Origin: Chiloscyllium plagiosum
Taxonomy: Eukaryota
Length of the DNA stretch: 64,000 nt
Direction: 5' to 3'
Assembly: GCF_004010195.1 (NCBI RefSeq)
Contig: NC_057713.1
Span: 55,407,345 to 55,471,344, forward strand
Shown here: piece by piece, positions 13,040 to 25,560 of the stretch
How the letters are laid out: each line of letters begins with the position of its first letter
Numbering within the stretch: the first letter of the stretch is position 1
The notes under the pieces: generated by a model
Seen by the model: only the letters and a program-made list of their open reading frames with translations
What the model was told of the DNA's origin: nothing
Database searches by the model: none
Program-made: the position numbers and the translations under genes

Positions 13040-14030
13040 TGATCAGTGCAATGCTGCAAGGATCAGTGCTAGGGCCTCATCAATTTAAAATCAACATTAT
13101 TGAATGAGATTAAAAGACAGAGTGCAATGTATCAAAGTCTGCAGGTGATATAAAGCTAATTGTAAAGGTAACCTTTAAAGTGGACAAGGAGAGGCTGAAA
13201 AGAGACATAGACAGGGCAACAAATTCACAGATGGATTGTAATGGATTTATGAAATTATTCACTTTGATCGTAAGAATAGAAGTGCAGAATACTTGTTAAA
13301 AGCTGTGACACTTATCACAAAAAGAGATTTAGTTGTACCTGTGGAAGAGCACAAAGTTAGTGTGCAGTTACAGCACACAATTAGGAAGACAAATAGTATG
13401 TTAGCCTTCAATGCAAGGGGGTTGCTGTAGAGGAATAAAAAAGCCTTATTATCAATCATACAGGACTCTGGTAAGTTCAATTTGGAGTACTGTGTGCAGC
13501 TTCTGTCTCCACATTTCAGAAAATATTACATTTGAGGTGGTATAGTGAGGGGTCATTAAATTGGTACCAAAGATGAAGGGATTATCCTACGATGAAAGAC
13601 TGAATAAATTGGATTATATTTTATGGAGGTTAAAAGAAGGAGAGGCAATGTTACTGAAACTTTCAAGATTCTGAAGGGATATGGTAAGGCAAATACTGAA
13701 AGGTTGTTTCTAATGGTCATGGAATTTAAAATACAGGATCAAAGTCTCAGGATAAAGGGTTGATTGTTTGCCATTGGGATGAGGAGAAATGACCTCACTC
13801 AAAGGCTTGTGAAATTTTGAAAATCTCTGCCTCAGAGGGGATTTGGATACTCCATCATTGAATGCATTTTATGCTGGAATAGACAGTCATTAGTTTCTAA
13901 GGGAGTCAAGGGATACAAGGAGCAGACTGCCAAGTGAAGTTGAAGCCCAAGATCAGCCATCATCATACTGAATGGTGGAATAGGTTCAATTAGCAATTTG
14001 GTCTACCTACCTCTACTTCTATGACCTATG
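13040..14030 (+). mobile_element. CR1 LINE 3' fragment
   Basis: 'QGSVLGP' at about 13056, 'LEYCVQ' at about 13482 and a tail ending ttctatgacctatgttc. Confidence 0.8.
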
Positions 14031-14034
14031 TTCT

Positions 14035-14550
14035 TGTTACCCTATCTCGGCTCATCTGCTGCTATGATCTTCATTCATGCCTTTGCTGACCCTAAATTTG
14101 ACTATTTCTATGCATTCTTGTTTCCCACTCTCCACTCCATAAATATGATGTCATCCAAATGCCCATGGCTTAACTCACAGAAAATTGCATTCTTCTATCA
14201 CCTTACTACTCTTCAATGAAGAATACAGGACGGCATGCCAGGAGCAGCAGTAGGCATACCAAAAAATATCCACACTTCTTAACAACATCTGTATTCTAAT
14301 TCTGAGCTTCCCTAACTTTAATCACTTCAATCTTGGTGACCATACTTTCATTTGCCTAGGTCCCAAGATCTGCAATTCCCTTCCTATATCTGTGTGCCCC
14401 TTAAATCACTTTTCTCCTTTAAGAAACCCCATAAAACTGACCTCTGTCCGAATATGGCTCTGTATTTTACTCTATTTTACACTGCTCTTGTAAAGTAATT
14501 TATGATATTTCATTACATTAAAGGTGCTTTATAATTATCCTTCATTGTTG
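14035..14550 (+). mobile_element. L2-type LINE 3' remnant
   Basis: 'IFIHAFADPKFDY' resembles L2 LIHAFVTSRLDY; L2-like end tacattaaaggtgctttata. Confidence 0.55.
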
Positions 14551-15747
14551 TTTTAGATGACAACTTCCCTGAGTCTAATTATATGAATGATCTATCTTGT
14601 TGACTAGCCTGATATGTAAAAACTTGCCCAGAATTTGCTGAAAAAAAATGAATGATGTACACTGTGGTTTGTGATGGAATCAGCCAAAGTCTTATTGTGA
14701 GAAAGAGATTATGAACTGTTCATATTGCTGGGCAATTGCTTGTAAGTAGTGACATTAGTTAGGGTTATTGCCCCTGTCTAAGGATCTGCAATCTATTACC
14801 CTGAGCAATTTGATTGTTTAGGAAGTGGGAAAGCCAACTGGAAGCTTTCTAATTAATGGACTTGATATTTCTGTAGTCCCAGGTAGAGGTAAAACACTAT
14901 CTCTTAGTGTTGGGATTTGAATGAAACAAGTGCCTCAGTTCTATGCTTGTGTATAGAGATAGAAGTGCAGATGTGTTTCATCACTGTGGGAACATAATTT
15001 TTTTTTTTGCGTTTAGTACGAAACATGAATCTAATCTGTGTGTTCTGTAGTTCCTGATATTAATCTGGGTGCACCAAATAAAACAAAGTATTTTACAAGA
15101 GCCATTTTCTACTTTTCTACAAATCACTTTCGCCTCAATCAGTATGACCTATGCTGCTCCATCAAGTTTCAAATTTTCTCCAAAACCCATTGATATTCTC
15201 TGAATGTCACCTTGATCATCCCTGAACTCTTTGCCTAATCTCTAGCAACTCCCACCACTAGATAATTGGATCCTGCACATTGTGTTCACTTTCATGACAG
15301 AAAAATCACATTAAACTTGAAAAATGCTTTGTAACTAGACTTAAATCTTTTTTTTAATGTAAGAGGACAGGTCAGAGGTTTGAGCACAGATTGTTAATAT
15401 TATCAATATTGAAAAGATTGCAAGAGCAAAATCATTGTCATGCATTGTAAAGACTGCACAACCGCATTCACAGAATCTCCATAACTGCAGCATACAAGAC
15501 AATTTTAGCATTATATTGCACTGAATAAGTGCCAACAGAATTCTCATAAGTTTGGCCTTCTAGGGACTGCAAAATTTGAACTATGAGAAAAGGCATTCTA
15601 TACATCAATTTTACCTCCATGTAATTCTTATGGGCAGGCATAAATATAGGATCTACATGACAAATTAATTTGAGTTAGATTCGAGTGAAACCAATGTTCC
15701 AAAGCATGCTAGACCAAATCTCTCCTTGAAGGCCTATTACTGCTCCA

Positions 15748-16180
15748 AGTCATAGAGTCATAGAATCATACAGCACAGACACAGAGCCTTCAGTCCAACC
15801 AGTCCATGTCTAAAATAATCTAAACTAAGCTAGTCCCACCTGCCTGTTCCTGGCTCTCATCCCTCCAAACCTTTCGTATTTATGTTCTTATCCAAATGTC
15901 TTTTAAACATTGCAATTATGCATATATCCATCACTTCCTCAGGAAGTTTATTCCATATGCAAACCACCCTCTGTGTAAAAACTATTTGCACTTCATGTCT
16001 TTTTTAAGTCTCTCTCCTCTCACCTTAAAAATGTGCCTCCTAGTCTTGAAATTCCACATCCTCAGGAAAACATAATTACCATTAATCATATATCTACCTC
16101 TCATGTATTTATGAATTTCCATAAGAACACCCTACGCTCCAGTGAAAAAGTCCCAGTCTATCCAGCCTTTCTTTATAACT
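15748..16180 (-). mobile_element. CR1/HER1 3' end
   Basis: agtcatagagtcatagaatcatacagcac tail; homologous to 10750-11000. Confidence 0.85.
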
Positions 16181-17361
16181 GGTCAAAAAAAATCTGTGAG
16201 AGCTTGGCTGAGACCTGATCCACATGATATAAACATTGGAGACGTATGTTAGTTACTAAACCATCTGTAAATTCCAATTTCAGTCAAATCAAATCTGGTC
16301 TTTCAGTACTAATGTTTCTCTTTCTTGGATAATTCACAAGTCTCAGCTGAAAGAATTAATGATGAACTTTTGATACATCATAAATTACATTACAATTTCA
16401 GCAACAGTCTCTAGCTGATAGTTATGAGTAATATTGTCTGAAAAATGGTGAAATACCTGCTCTGTAATGATGTCTCAAATTTAAAAATTGCATAAGTATC
16501 CTTGAAGTCGTGATGTATACAGAAAATTAAGGCACAAAACCAATTTATGACTTCTTCATTTCACAGTATACTGGTAATCGTGCATATTTTTTCTCTGCAC
16601 TATTGTTATATATTTTTCTATTCTCTAATTTATTTTTTAATAGCTGAAAATACTCTGTGGTATCGTAATAACATTTCATCATGATAGAATGGCCAAATCA
16701 ATTTTAAACTTGTGGATTTTTAGACAAAATTAAATGAAATAATATGTCATGCAGCAGGCTAATGAAATAAAAACTTTACTAACAACTCAAAGGACTAGAT
16801 TTATTACAAACTTAATTAAAGAGCCAACATAGATAATGTTCACATTAATAATGTTATTTCATACCATCACTCTGAGCACTATTGTCCCTTAGAAACCATT
16901 AGTGAACCACAAGATTGCTTGGTAGGGTAATGGCCACGTAGGGCCCAATAAAACTGCAGTCCCATGAAAAGTAATAGTACAGATTTTCTCTCTATGCATT
17001 ACATTGTAAGGGGTGTATGAGATGAGCTAGAGATAGATGTATTGTTTCTAGAATTGACAGATCTTTACTTGAATATTTCCCAATGCTCACAGATTGCTCA
17101 CAGGTTCCTTACAATCATACAATGAAAAGCACAATCGCATTATTATTATACTTTCAAAACTATCACAATGTAATTAACTAAATACTTGGAAAGGAAATGT
17201 TTTCAGGATTATACAGAAACAGCAATGTATCTAATTGGATAGTTATTGCAAATTACCAGCACTAATACAATAGGTCAAATGGCCTCCATATGTACAGTAT
17301 GATGCTATACTATTTTCATAACACAATCTGAATATGATAATGTGGGAAGCTCCTATCTTTG

Positions 17362-17440
17362 AATTAGATTTATTGTCACATGTACTCACATGAGTACAGT
17401 GACAAGTTTATAAGTTGCCACTTACAGCACCATCTTACGT
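17362..17440 (-). mobile_element. Short fragment sharing the Rex1/Babar-type 3' tail
   Basis: gatttattgtcacatgtact...gtacagtgacaag is close to the reverse complement of 29380-29420. Confidence 0.5.
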
Positions 17441-17779
17441 ACAAAGGTACCAATGTACAGAATCCTTGGCTACTTGTTTTGATTTCATTACATTTTATCA
17501 TTGAATCGTCTTATAGTGAGGTGAACCAATGTGGCCTTTGATGCTGACTTATTTTCTCCAACTAAAACAACAGAATCAGATGTCTTGTTGATCAACATCA
17601 AAGCAATTCTATCATCTATCTGAACAGCGACATGCTTCATGAAAGGGTGGAAGATGGAGGAGGAAAAAGATAAATACACTGCATGTGTGGTTATCGTGAA
17701 TACTGTGTTTATTAATTTAGCAGAATTCTAGGAAGACTTTCTCAATGAGGACAAAGTTAGGAAGTGATGTCTAAGGAAC

Positions 17780-18070
17780 TTTGATGAATTGTTGCAGTGC
17801 ATCTTGTAGATGTACAATGGCAACAGTGTGTACTATTGAGGGAATGATTGTTGAAGGTTTTTGATGGGATTCCAATTAAGTGGACTGCTTTGTTCTGGAT
17901 TGTGTCATGCTTCTCCAATGCTTTTGAAGCTGTATTCCCTCATGAAAAGTATTCTATGGCACCCTTGATTTGTAGACAGAATTAAGGAGTCAGGAGGAGA
18001 GTGCCTCACTGCAGAATTATTACTCTCTGACCTGTTGTGAAAGCTACAATATTTATATGGCTGGTCCAGA
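17780..18070 (-). mobile_element. Fragment of the LINE family at 1300-2900
   Basis: gcagtgcatcttgtagatg...ccaattaagtggactgctttgttctggat matches 1615-1745. Confidence 0.7.
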
Positions 18071-18755
18071 CATTGTCCAATTTTGGATGAGAAAAATCTA
18101 AGTGTGCAGGAATCAAATAGCTATTAAAATTAAAAATGTTGTTACAACTAATTTAAAAAGTGATGATTAGTGAAAATGATCTCAGCAATCTTTGTAACAT
18201 AAAACAATTAAATTAGAACATTAATATTAAAATGGAAAATCACTAAAACAAATGATGTTGTGTTAAAATTGCTTTTTATAAATTTAATGTATGCTGGTTT
18301 ATTTCTTGACTAAATAGTTTTCTAATTTACAATAAAGGTACAAGATGCAACAAAAATAAGGTGGAGCATGATCGTGTCAAATCCTGTACAATGAAATTGT
18401 GTATCCTATGTTACATTATTTTCAGTAACATTGCCTTATGCAATGGAAATTCTCATTTGGATATGCGAAACAAAACAGTTTTTAAATCAAAACAATGTCA
18501 GAAAATATCTAGTTTAAATTATAATTTAAAATAACAGGTTGCTAATAGAAAAATGTCAAATATTTTCATTCTCTTTTATTCTCCAGACTGTGCACTCTTT
18601 CCCTTTGTCTTTCTCTCTCAAGCATGTCCTCAACAAAACAATGAACAGATCAACAAATATTGAAATGCATACACACTCACAGATGCAGACACGTTAGTAA
18701 ATAGTAACATACGTGCAAATATACTGTATGGAAACACATTCATAATTGTTAATAT

Positions 18756-19626
18756 TGTGATGTAAGCTGTGTGATTTATATATATTTTACTATAAGCTAT
18801 TCTGAATTTTGAACTAGTGGCAAGTCAGATTTGGCCTGTATGTGTACATGAAGGAGTTTAATGATTAGCTTGTGGTGATTTTTTCGAAGGTTGAGAAACT
18901 AGTTCTTAGAGTCTAACTGGAATTTGTTTATGTTAGGTGAATTTTATGAGCAAACAGAACAAGCAATTATTTAATTAGTTATTAATTAGAAGGTTTTTGA
19001 GTGGAATTTGGTTTGGTTTATTTTGGTTTGGGGAAATACACCCATAGCTTGGAACAGCTTTTCAGCTCCAAACTGGGAGATTTACAAAAATCTTACAGAA
19101 GACAATTGCTCCCAAAAAAAAGAGAGAAACTGTTTAAAAACTATAAAGAAATAGTGTTCAAAGCTTGGTTATAAAGTTCCAGACAGAAGTGTTTGGTTAA
19201 ACCCTTAATGGATTATTTAAAGTGGAGAATATCAAATTTAAGTTGAAGGAAAAAGTTGTTAGATTCTTAAGATGAAGAATAAAAGCTACTACTAAATTTA
19301 GTCCTAAAGATATGACAGAGAACGAAGTGAATATTCTGGTGTGAGTATTTTAAAAAAGAGTGCTGTTGCGATAAACTGGGTTGAATTTTAAAATGTGTTT
19401 GAAAATCTTTAAAACATGTGTTGTATGTAAATAGTCATCTTATTTGATTATTATCATTTCCTTTGTATAATAAACTGTTTGTTTTATTGTTATACCTAAA
19501 TCTGCAGCCTTGCATGCTTGTGTTGCAGTGAATAAAAACTAATTAAAAACAACAGAAAAACAATCAAACCAGATTTTAGTCTGGAATTTGACTTGTCCAG
19601 TAATAACATCAGTTGGGATTGTAATA
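18756..19626 (+). mobile_element. Probable solo LTR (Gypsy-type)
   Basis: Begins TGTGATG, has AATAAA near 19470 and ends gggattgtaata (a decayed ...taaCA). Flanks are ATAT and ACAT, a decayed 4-bp TSD. Confidence 0.5.
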
Positions 19627-19759
19627 ACATGTATAGACTAATAAGTACAAACACATTCATAAATACGTACTTACTTCAAAGCTATTGACTCCCATGCACA
19701 TTCACGGATATACAAGCACATTAACAGCCATTGACATTCCAATCATTCACAGGTACAAA

Positions 19760-19999
19760 TAGTTAAGAGTCAACCACATTGTAGTGGATCTGGGGTCACA
19801 TTTAGGCAGGCCAGATAGGGGTGGCAGATTATATCTCTAAAAGGCATCATAAACCAGATGAGTTTATGCAACATTTAATGTCAATATTACTGACCAGAAA
19901 CAAACGTTCAATTTCAGATTATTTCAAATTCCACCAATTGCAGTATTGGGATTTAATCCCAAATCATCAGAACATTAGCCTGGGTGTCTGGATTATGAG
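19760..19999 (-). mobile_element. tRNA-derived SINE (second family), interrupted by the PLE; its head resumes at 21541-21560
   Basis: Homologous to 41035-41360 (+) and 47960-48270 (-). Confidence 0.75.
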
Positions 20000-21531
20000 A
20001 AAGTGAGGACTGCGGATGCCGGAGATCAGAGTCCAAAAGTGTGTTGCTGGTCTCTGATCTCCAGCACCTGCAGTCCCCACTTTCTCCTATTGCTGCAACC
20101 TTATTGCAAAACCTCTTCCAAGGATGTCCACGTTGAAGATGTTTTCCTCCTCCTTCCACAAGGATCTCAGTGAGTCTCTCTCTGACTGCACCCCAAGGTC
20201 GTTATTGGTGCCACCTCATGCTCCGACGAGGAGGTTGAACAGTTCATCAACTTCACAAACACCTTCTACCCTGACCTCAAGTTTACCTGGACCATCTCAG
20301 ATCTCTTCCTGGACCTCTTTGTCTCCCTCTCTGGTGACCAACACAACACAGACATCTATTTCAAACCCACTGACTTCCACAGCTACCTGGACTACACTTC
20401 CTCCTACTTCCCCCACCTCATGAAAAAGTTATCCCTTACTCCCAATTCCTCCACCTCTGTTGTATCTGCTCCCAGCAGGAGCAATTCCACTCCAGGACAT
20501 CCCAGATGGCCTCTTATTTCAAGGACCGCAACTTCCCTCCGATGTGGTCAACTATGCCCTACTGCGCATCTCCTCCACTTCCTGCACCTCTGCCCTTGAA
20601 CCCCACCCTCCCAACCACAACAAGGATAGTATCCCCCTCATCCTCACCTTCTACCCCACTAATCTCCTGATATATCGCATTATCCTCCGCCATTTCCACC
20701 ACCTACAATCAGACTCCACCACTAGAGATATATTTCCCTCCCCACTCCTATCTGAATTCTGCAGAGACCATTCCTTCCGCAACTCCCTCGTTAGGTCCAC
20801 CCTCACCCCACTAACCCATCCTTCCCTCCCAGCATGTTCCCTCGCCACCGCAAGAGGTGTAAAACCTGCACCCACACCTCGCCTCCTCACCTCCGTCCAA
20901 GTTCCCAAAGGATCCTTCCACATCTGGCAGAGATTTTCCTGCACATCCAAACACCTCATCTACTGTTTCCGTTGCTCTCAATGTGGTCTCCTCCTCACTG
21001 AGGAGACAGGATACCAACTTGCGGAACGTTTCAGGGAACATCTCTGGGACACATGTACTAAACAACCCCACTGCCCTGTGGCTCATATTTTAATGCCCCC
21101 TCCTACTCTGCCAAGGACATACAAGTCCTGAGCCTCCTCCACAACCAGATCCTAGCCACCCGATGCCTGGAGGAAGAATGCCTCATCTTCCACCTTGGGA
21201 CCCTCCAACTATACGGCATCAATGTCAATTTCACCAGTTTCCTCTTCTCCCCTCCCCCCATCTCATCGCAGATCCAACCCTCCAACTCGCCCTCTTGAAC
21301 TGTCCTACCTGTCCATCTTTCTTCTCACCTATCCACTCTACCCTTCCCACCTATCTATCGCATTCCCAGCTACCTTCCCTCCAGCCCAACCCCCACCTTC
21401 CTATTTATCTCTGAGCCCCCTTCCCCCATTACATTCCTGATGAAGGGCTTATGCCTGAAACAACTATTCTCCTGCCTCAAGGATGCTGCCTGACCTGCTG
21501 TGCCTTTCCAGCACCACACTTTTCGACTCTG
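19997..21531 (+). mobile_element. Penelope-like retroelement (RT C-terminus plus GIY-YIG endonuclease, decayed) with inverted 5' terminus and 13-bp TSD
   Basis: VIGATSCSDEEVEQFINFTNTFYPDLKFTWTIS...IYFKPTDFHSYLDYTSS...IPYSQF (RT thumb); FSCTSKHLIYCFRCSQCGLL..EET..LAERFREH (GIY-YIG with CxxC). TCTGGATTATGAG at 19987-19999 and 21528-21540. Inverted repeat 19997-20031 / 20052-20086. Confidence 0.92.
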
Positions 21532-23240
21532 GATTATGAGCCAGTGGCATTATCCATTTCATCATTATCTTTGACTAATCATCCTGCTATCTTATTGGCT
21601 GCGCTGTAACAATACATTTCCAATAGATTTGGCATTGATATCAATGTAAGGGTGAGAAGTTGTGGCTCATAGCCAGTTGTTAATCACTAAACATGGCTGA
21701 AAAAGACAATCTATTGCATTCAAGAGTAAATTCGTTTTCAATGGTGTGCTAAGTCATAATGACTAACAAACAACTTACCTGATTACGAAAGCATAATTTT
21801 ACATGTCTGGAGCCCCATTCTTTCAGGGAGTTTATATAATGTTAGTGATTTTTAAAAACATTATCTCTCTGTCTCTTTCATTTCTCTGTCTTAATCTAAT
21901 CCTTTGCTCCTTATTTTATTTCCTGCCTATGAATTACAACCAACTTATAATTACTAGATTATGCTGGGTTTGGAGTTAGGCCCTGTTGGAGCCAGGAATG
22001 GATATGAGTGAGTTCTTCAAGCCTGTGATTCAGTTTCCCAGCACAATCCCAAGCCTGAGACAATTTTGTCATCCAGGAAAATGAGAGGCCAGACTGCCAC
22101 CCTTAAATGGTGTGGAACCAATTAAGCTCATTAAGGATCACTGATGAAGATTTTACAGTTTTCCTCCAGGTTCCTGCATGCAGCAAAGGCAAAGTTAACA
22201 GCCTGAGGTGACCTAATTGTGGCAGTCCGGGAGCCAGCACTTCAGGCAGGCGTAGAGATTCTCCTGGCTTGCTTCACTGCAGTATCAGCTACAGGCCACC
22301 CCTCAAAAGGCATTCAGCTCTTTCCCAGCATTAGTAAATAGGAAGCCATTTTTAAATGCCATAATACCCTATTCCTGCTTTCAAGATGATGGACCTTTCA
22401 GCTTCCAGAAGCTGCCCACTACCAGTGGTTTGTGAGCCCACTCTTCTGCCTCTAATTGACCACCTTGGGTAAAGCATAGATCGGTGACTGCTTCCCAAAC
22501 CATGCAGGCTTTTTTGCACCTATTTGAATTTGACAGAATGGATCAGAAATCCACAGGGAAAATCCAACCCAACATGCTTAGTGAGTATTCTTCATTCTGA
22601 TTGGTTGCAGAGTCATACTGCTTCAACCCTGCTCACATATACTATAGTGGGGCGGCGGGGGAGGGGCAGAGTTCTAATTTAGACTCAAAGGTTTAAAAGT
22701 CTGCAAAAATCTATGCGGGCATCTGTTAGCTCAGAGAGCAGTGAACAAATACTATTCCTTGCCAGTGTCTGTAAAACCAGCCAATCTTTTAAGTAATGAT
22801 TGGCTGGTTCATGTCTGAACATCAGTCATGAACTTTGGTTCAATATTTTTTAAAAAAATCTATGTAACTCAGATGAGTAAACAAAAAAACAAATTTAACA
22901 CATTACAGGGCTCTTTAATTATGTAGCAGTGAAATATAATAAAGTACTAACGTGGGAGACTTCCTTAAAATAGACTTTCTTTGAAATAGCCTAACATCTG
23001 TACAGAAATAATGCATACTGTATTAAAATTATCTGTCATAAAGCACATCTATGACCCCAGAACACCAAATGTTTAACCCCTATTCTAATCCTGATATCAC
23101 TCATCTCATCATTAGCATCTAATGCAGTTGAAGTCCTTGACTGAATAATGTTGTCAAAAGTGCTTTACAATTCTTTACATAGCAAAGGAACAGCAATAGG
23201 TATTTTCCTCCATTCAGTGAGATCATGGTTGATTTGTGAT

Positions 23241-24085
23241 CTTGTACACACTTACTCCTTTCCATATGAGCCCTTAACACTATGGCAGTCCCAGTCTATG
23301 TTTGAAAAGTTAAAATCCCCTACCATAACCACCCTATTATTCTTATAGATTACTGAAATCTCCTTACAAATTTGTTTCTCGATTTCAAACTGGCTATTGG
23401 GGGATCAATAGTGCAATCCCAATAAGGTGATCATCCCTTCCTTATTTCTCAGTTCCACCCAAATAAATTCCCTGGACATATTCCCAGGAATATCCTCCTG
23501 AAGTACAGCTGCAATGTTATTCCTATTCAAAAATGACACTTCCCTTCCTCTCTTGCCCCCCTTTGTATCCTATAGGAAGGATGTTGTGAAATGTGAAAGA
23601 ATTCAGAAAAAATTGACAAGGATATTGCCAGGGTTGGAGGGTTTGAGGTATAGGGAGAGGCTGAATAGGCTGGGATTGATTTCCCTCAAATATTGGAGGT
23701 TGAGGGGTGACTTTATAGATGTTTATAAAATCATGAGGAGTATGGATAGAGTAAATAGACAAGATCTTTTCCCTGGGGTGGGGGAGTCCAGAATGAGAGG
23801 CAAAGGCTTAAGGTGAGAGGAGAAAGATTTAAAAAGGACCTAAGTGGCAACTTTTTCGCACAGCGGGTGGTACATGTATGGAATGAGCTGCCAGAGGAAG
23901 TGGTAGAGGGTGGTGCAATTATAATATTTAAAAGACATCTAGATGGGTATATGAATAGGAAGATTTAGAGGGTTATGGACCAACTTCTGACAAATGGGAC
24001 TAGATTCATTCAGGATATCTGGTCAGCATGGACGAGTTGGACCAAAAGGTCTGTTCTGTTCTGTACATCCTTTTGATTCTATGGT
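23241..24085. mobile_element. CR1/HER1 insertion with inverted 5' segment (endonuclease region on -, 23241-23570; 3' end on +, 23570-24085)
   Basis: Minus: WVELRNKEGMITLLGL...NNRVVMVGDFNFSNIDW. Plus: YRKDVVK...YRERLNRLGL...RLRGDFIDVYKIM and the CR1 tail. The block sits inside an older CR1 3' fragment (about 23205-24135). Confidence 0.85.
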
Positions 24086-25199
24086 CTAACTCCATAAACT
24101 CGCCTTTGTTCCATATTCCTCAACACCTTTAATGCTACTTGCTGATTGGTGAGAGAATAAAGGTAGCTGTGGATCTGTTAGTTCAGTGAAGCACTACATT
24201 TTGAAAGGAAAATGGAACAAAAAATGAAATATGTCTTTGTTTTTGGATGAAAATGCTCTTTTCACTTGTACAAAAGAGAGAAAGAAATCAATTGAATTTA
24301 ATTATTCACTAATTCTATATCACTATTGTTCCCTGGTCAATGAACAACATAGATAGGAATATCAGGATTTGAGTGTAAGTGTAACCCATAATCTTAATCA
24401 GTGATGGAGACATGCGATGCTTCATCTTAATGCGTAATGTTGACATCTCAATCACTGGTGTTGCAGCAAATGTAAAAGGAAATTCCTGTTGATATCCTCT
24501 GTACTGAGATAATGATCGTTGAATAATATTTAGAAGTAACAAGGTGGTAAGTTTAGAATGTGTATATTGAAAATTATAACGAAAGGCCATTTTCTGATCT
24601 ACATGCAAGAATGGGTAGATTTTGATCTCATTACTTATGCAGTCATGGAGTCATGCAGTCATTAGCTTATGACATAGAAAAACATCCTTTAAGTAATTTA
24701 AGAACAGCTTTTAATCAATTAACTCAATTGCAGTGAGTATAAAGGAAATTAATAAAACATTTTTCAAAAAATTATTATAGGTCATAAGCTTTTGTACAAA
24801 ATTTCTGCAAGATTGCATTTCAATTTCAGAAAGTAAAACCACTCATCAACACAAGTCTGTTTGGGAATTCAGCTTTAGATTTTTGCCTTGTTTCAAATTC
24901 TACAAAAAACGAAATTAACTCTTTAAAGGTTAAACTGAATAGAGACTGCTTTTAATCTGAGTTCTGCTGTATGCGGGGGTAGGGATGGAATTGGCTGACA
25001 GGTAGTTCTGAATACTTACATGTAATTCTGTAAAATATGTTCCAATTCCTCTGACAAAGTTTTCTTTTTATCACTTAATAATCCTTATTAACGGACTTCA
25101 GTTTACACATATGAATCATAAACTGAAACCTAGCCCTAGGAACTGGACGAGAGTTAGATGTAATGTAACTTTGGGTTTAATCCAGCCATCACTTAGGTC

Positions 25200-25560
25200 T
25201 TCAATATACCTTTGGATTGGGAAGTGTATATTGAAATCTGGGAACAATACAAATGTTGCAAATTTAGTGTGAGAAAGGCGGTAGCAGACTTTAGGAAGTC
25301 ATAGATAAATTAGAATGAATAGATTGGTGGTAGATGCTATTTAATATGGTGAGGCAATGCATTTTAAAAGGAAAAGCAGTTATGGAAATTAATCCAAAGG
25401 CACTGATATATTTAGAGGAGCAGAGGTACCAAAGGATGAAAGTACACAATTCCTGAAAACCTGACAGAGGATAAGTAAAACCATAACTTGGAAACATCAT
25501 TTAGATTTTATAAATAGGGCCTTAGCATACAAGAAGTTGTGATAAATTTATACAATGCTT
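25200..25560 (+). mobile_element. Very decayed CR1 RT fragment
   Basis: aatacaaatgttgca...tggtagatgctatttaatatgg..gaggcaatgcatttt resembles the WQM.FN..KC.V.HF block. Confidence 0.55.

Noticed and set aside
20460-21131. 223-aa ORF as a functional or domesticated nuclease gene
   Set aside because: It is flanked by frameshifts, the YIG motif is degenerate (LTEET), and it lies within a TSD-bounded element.
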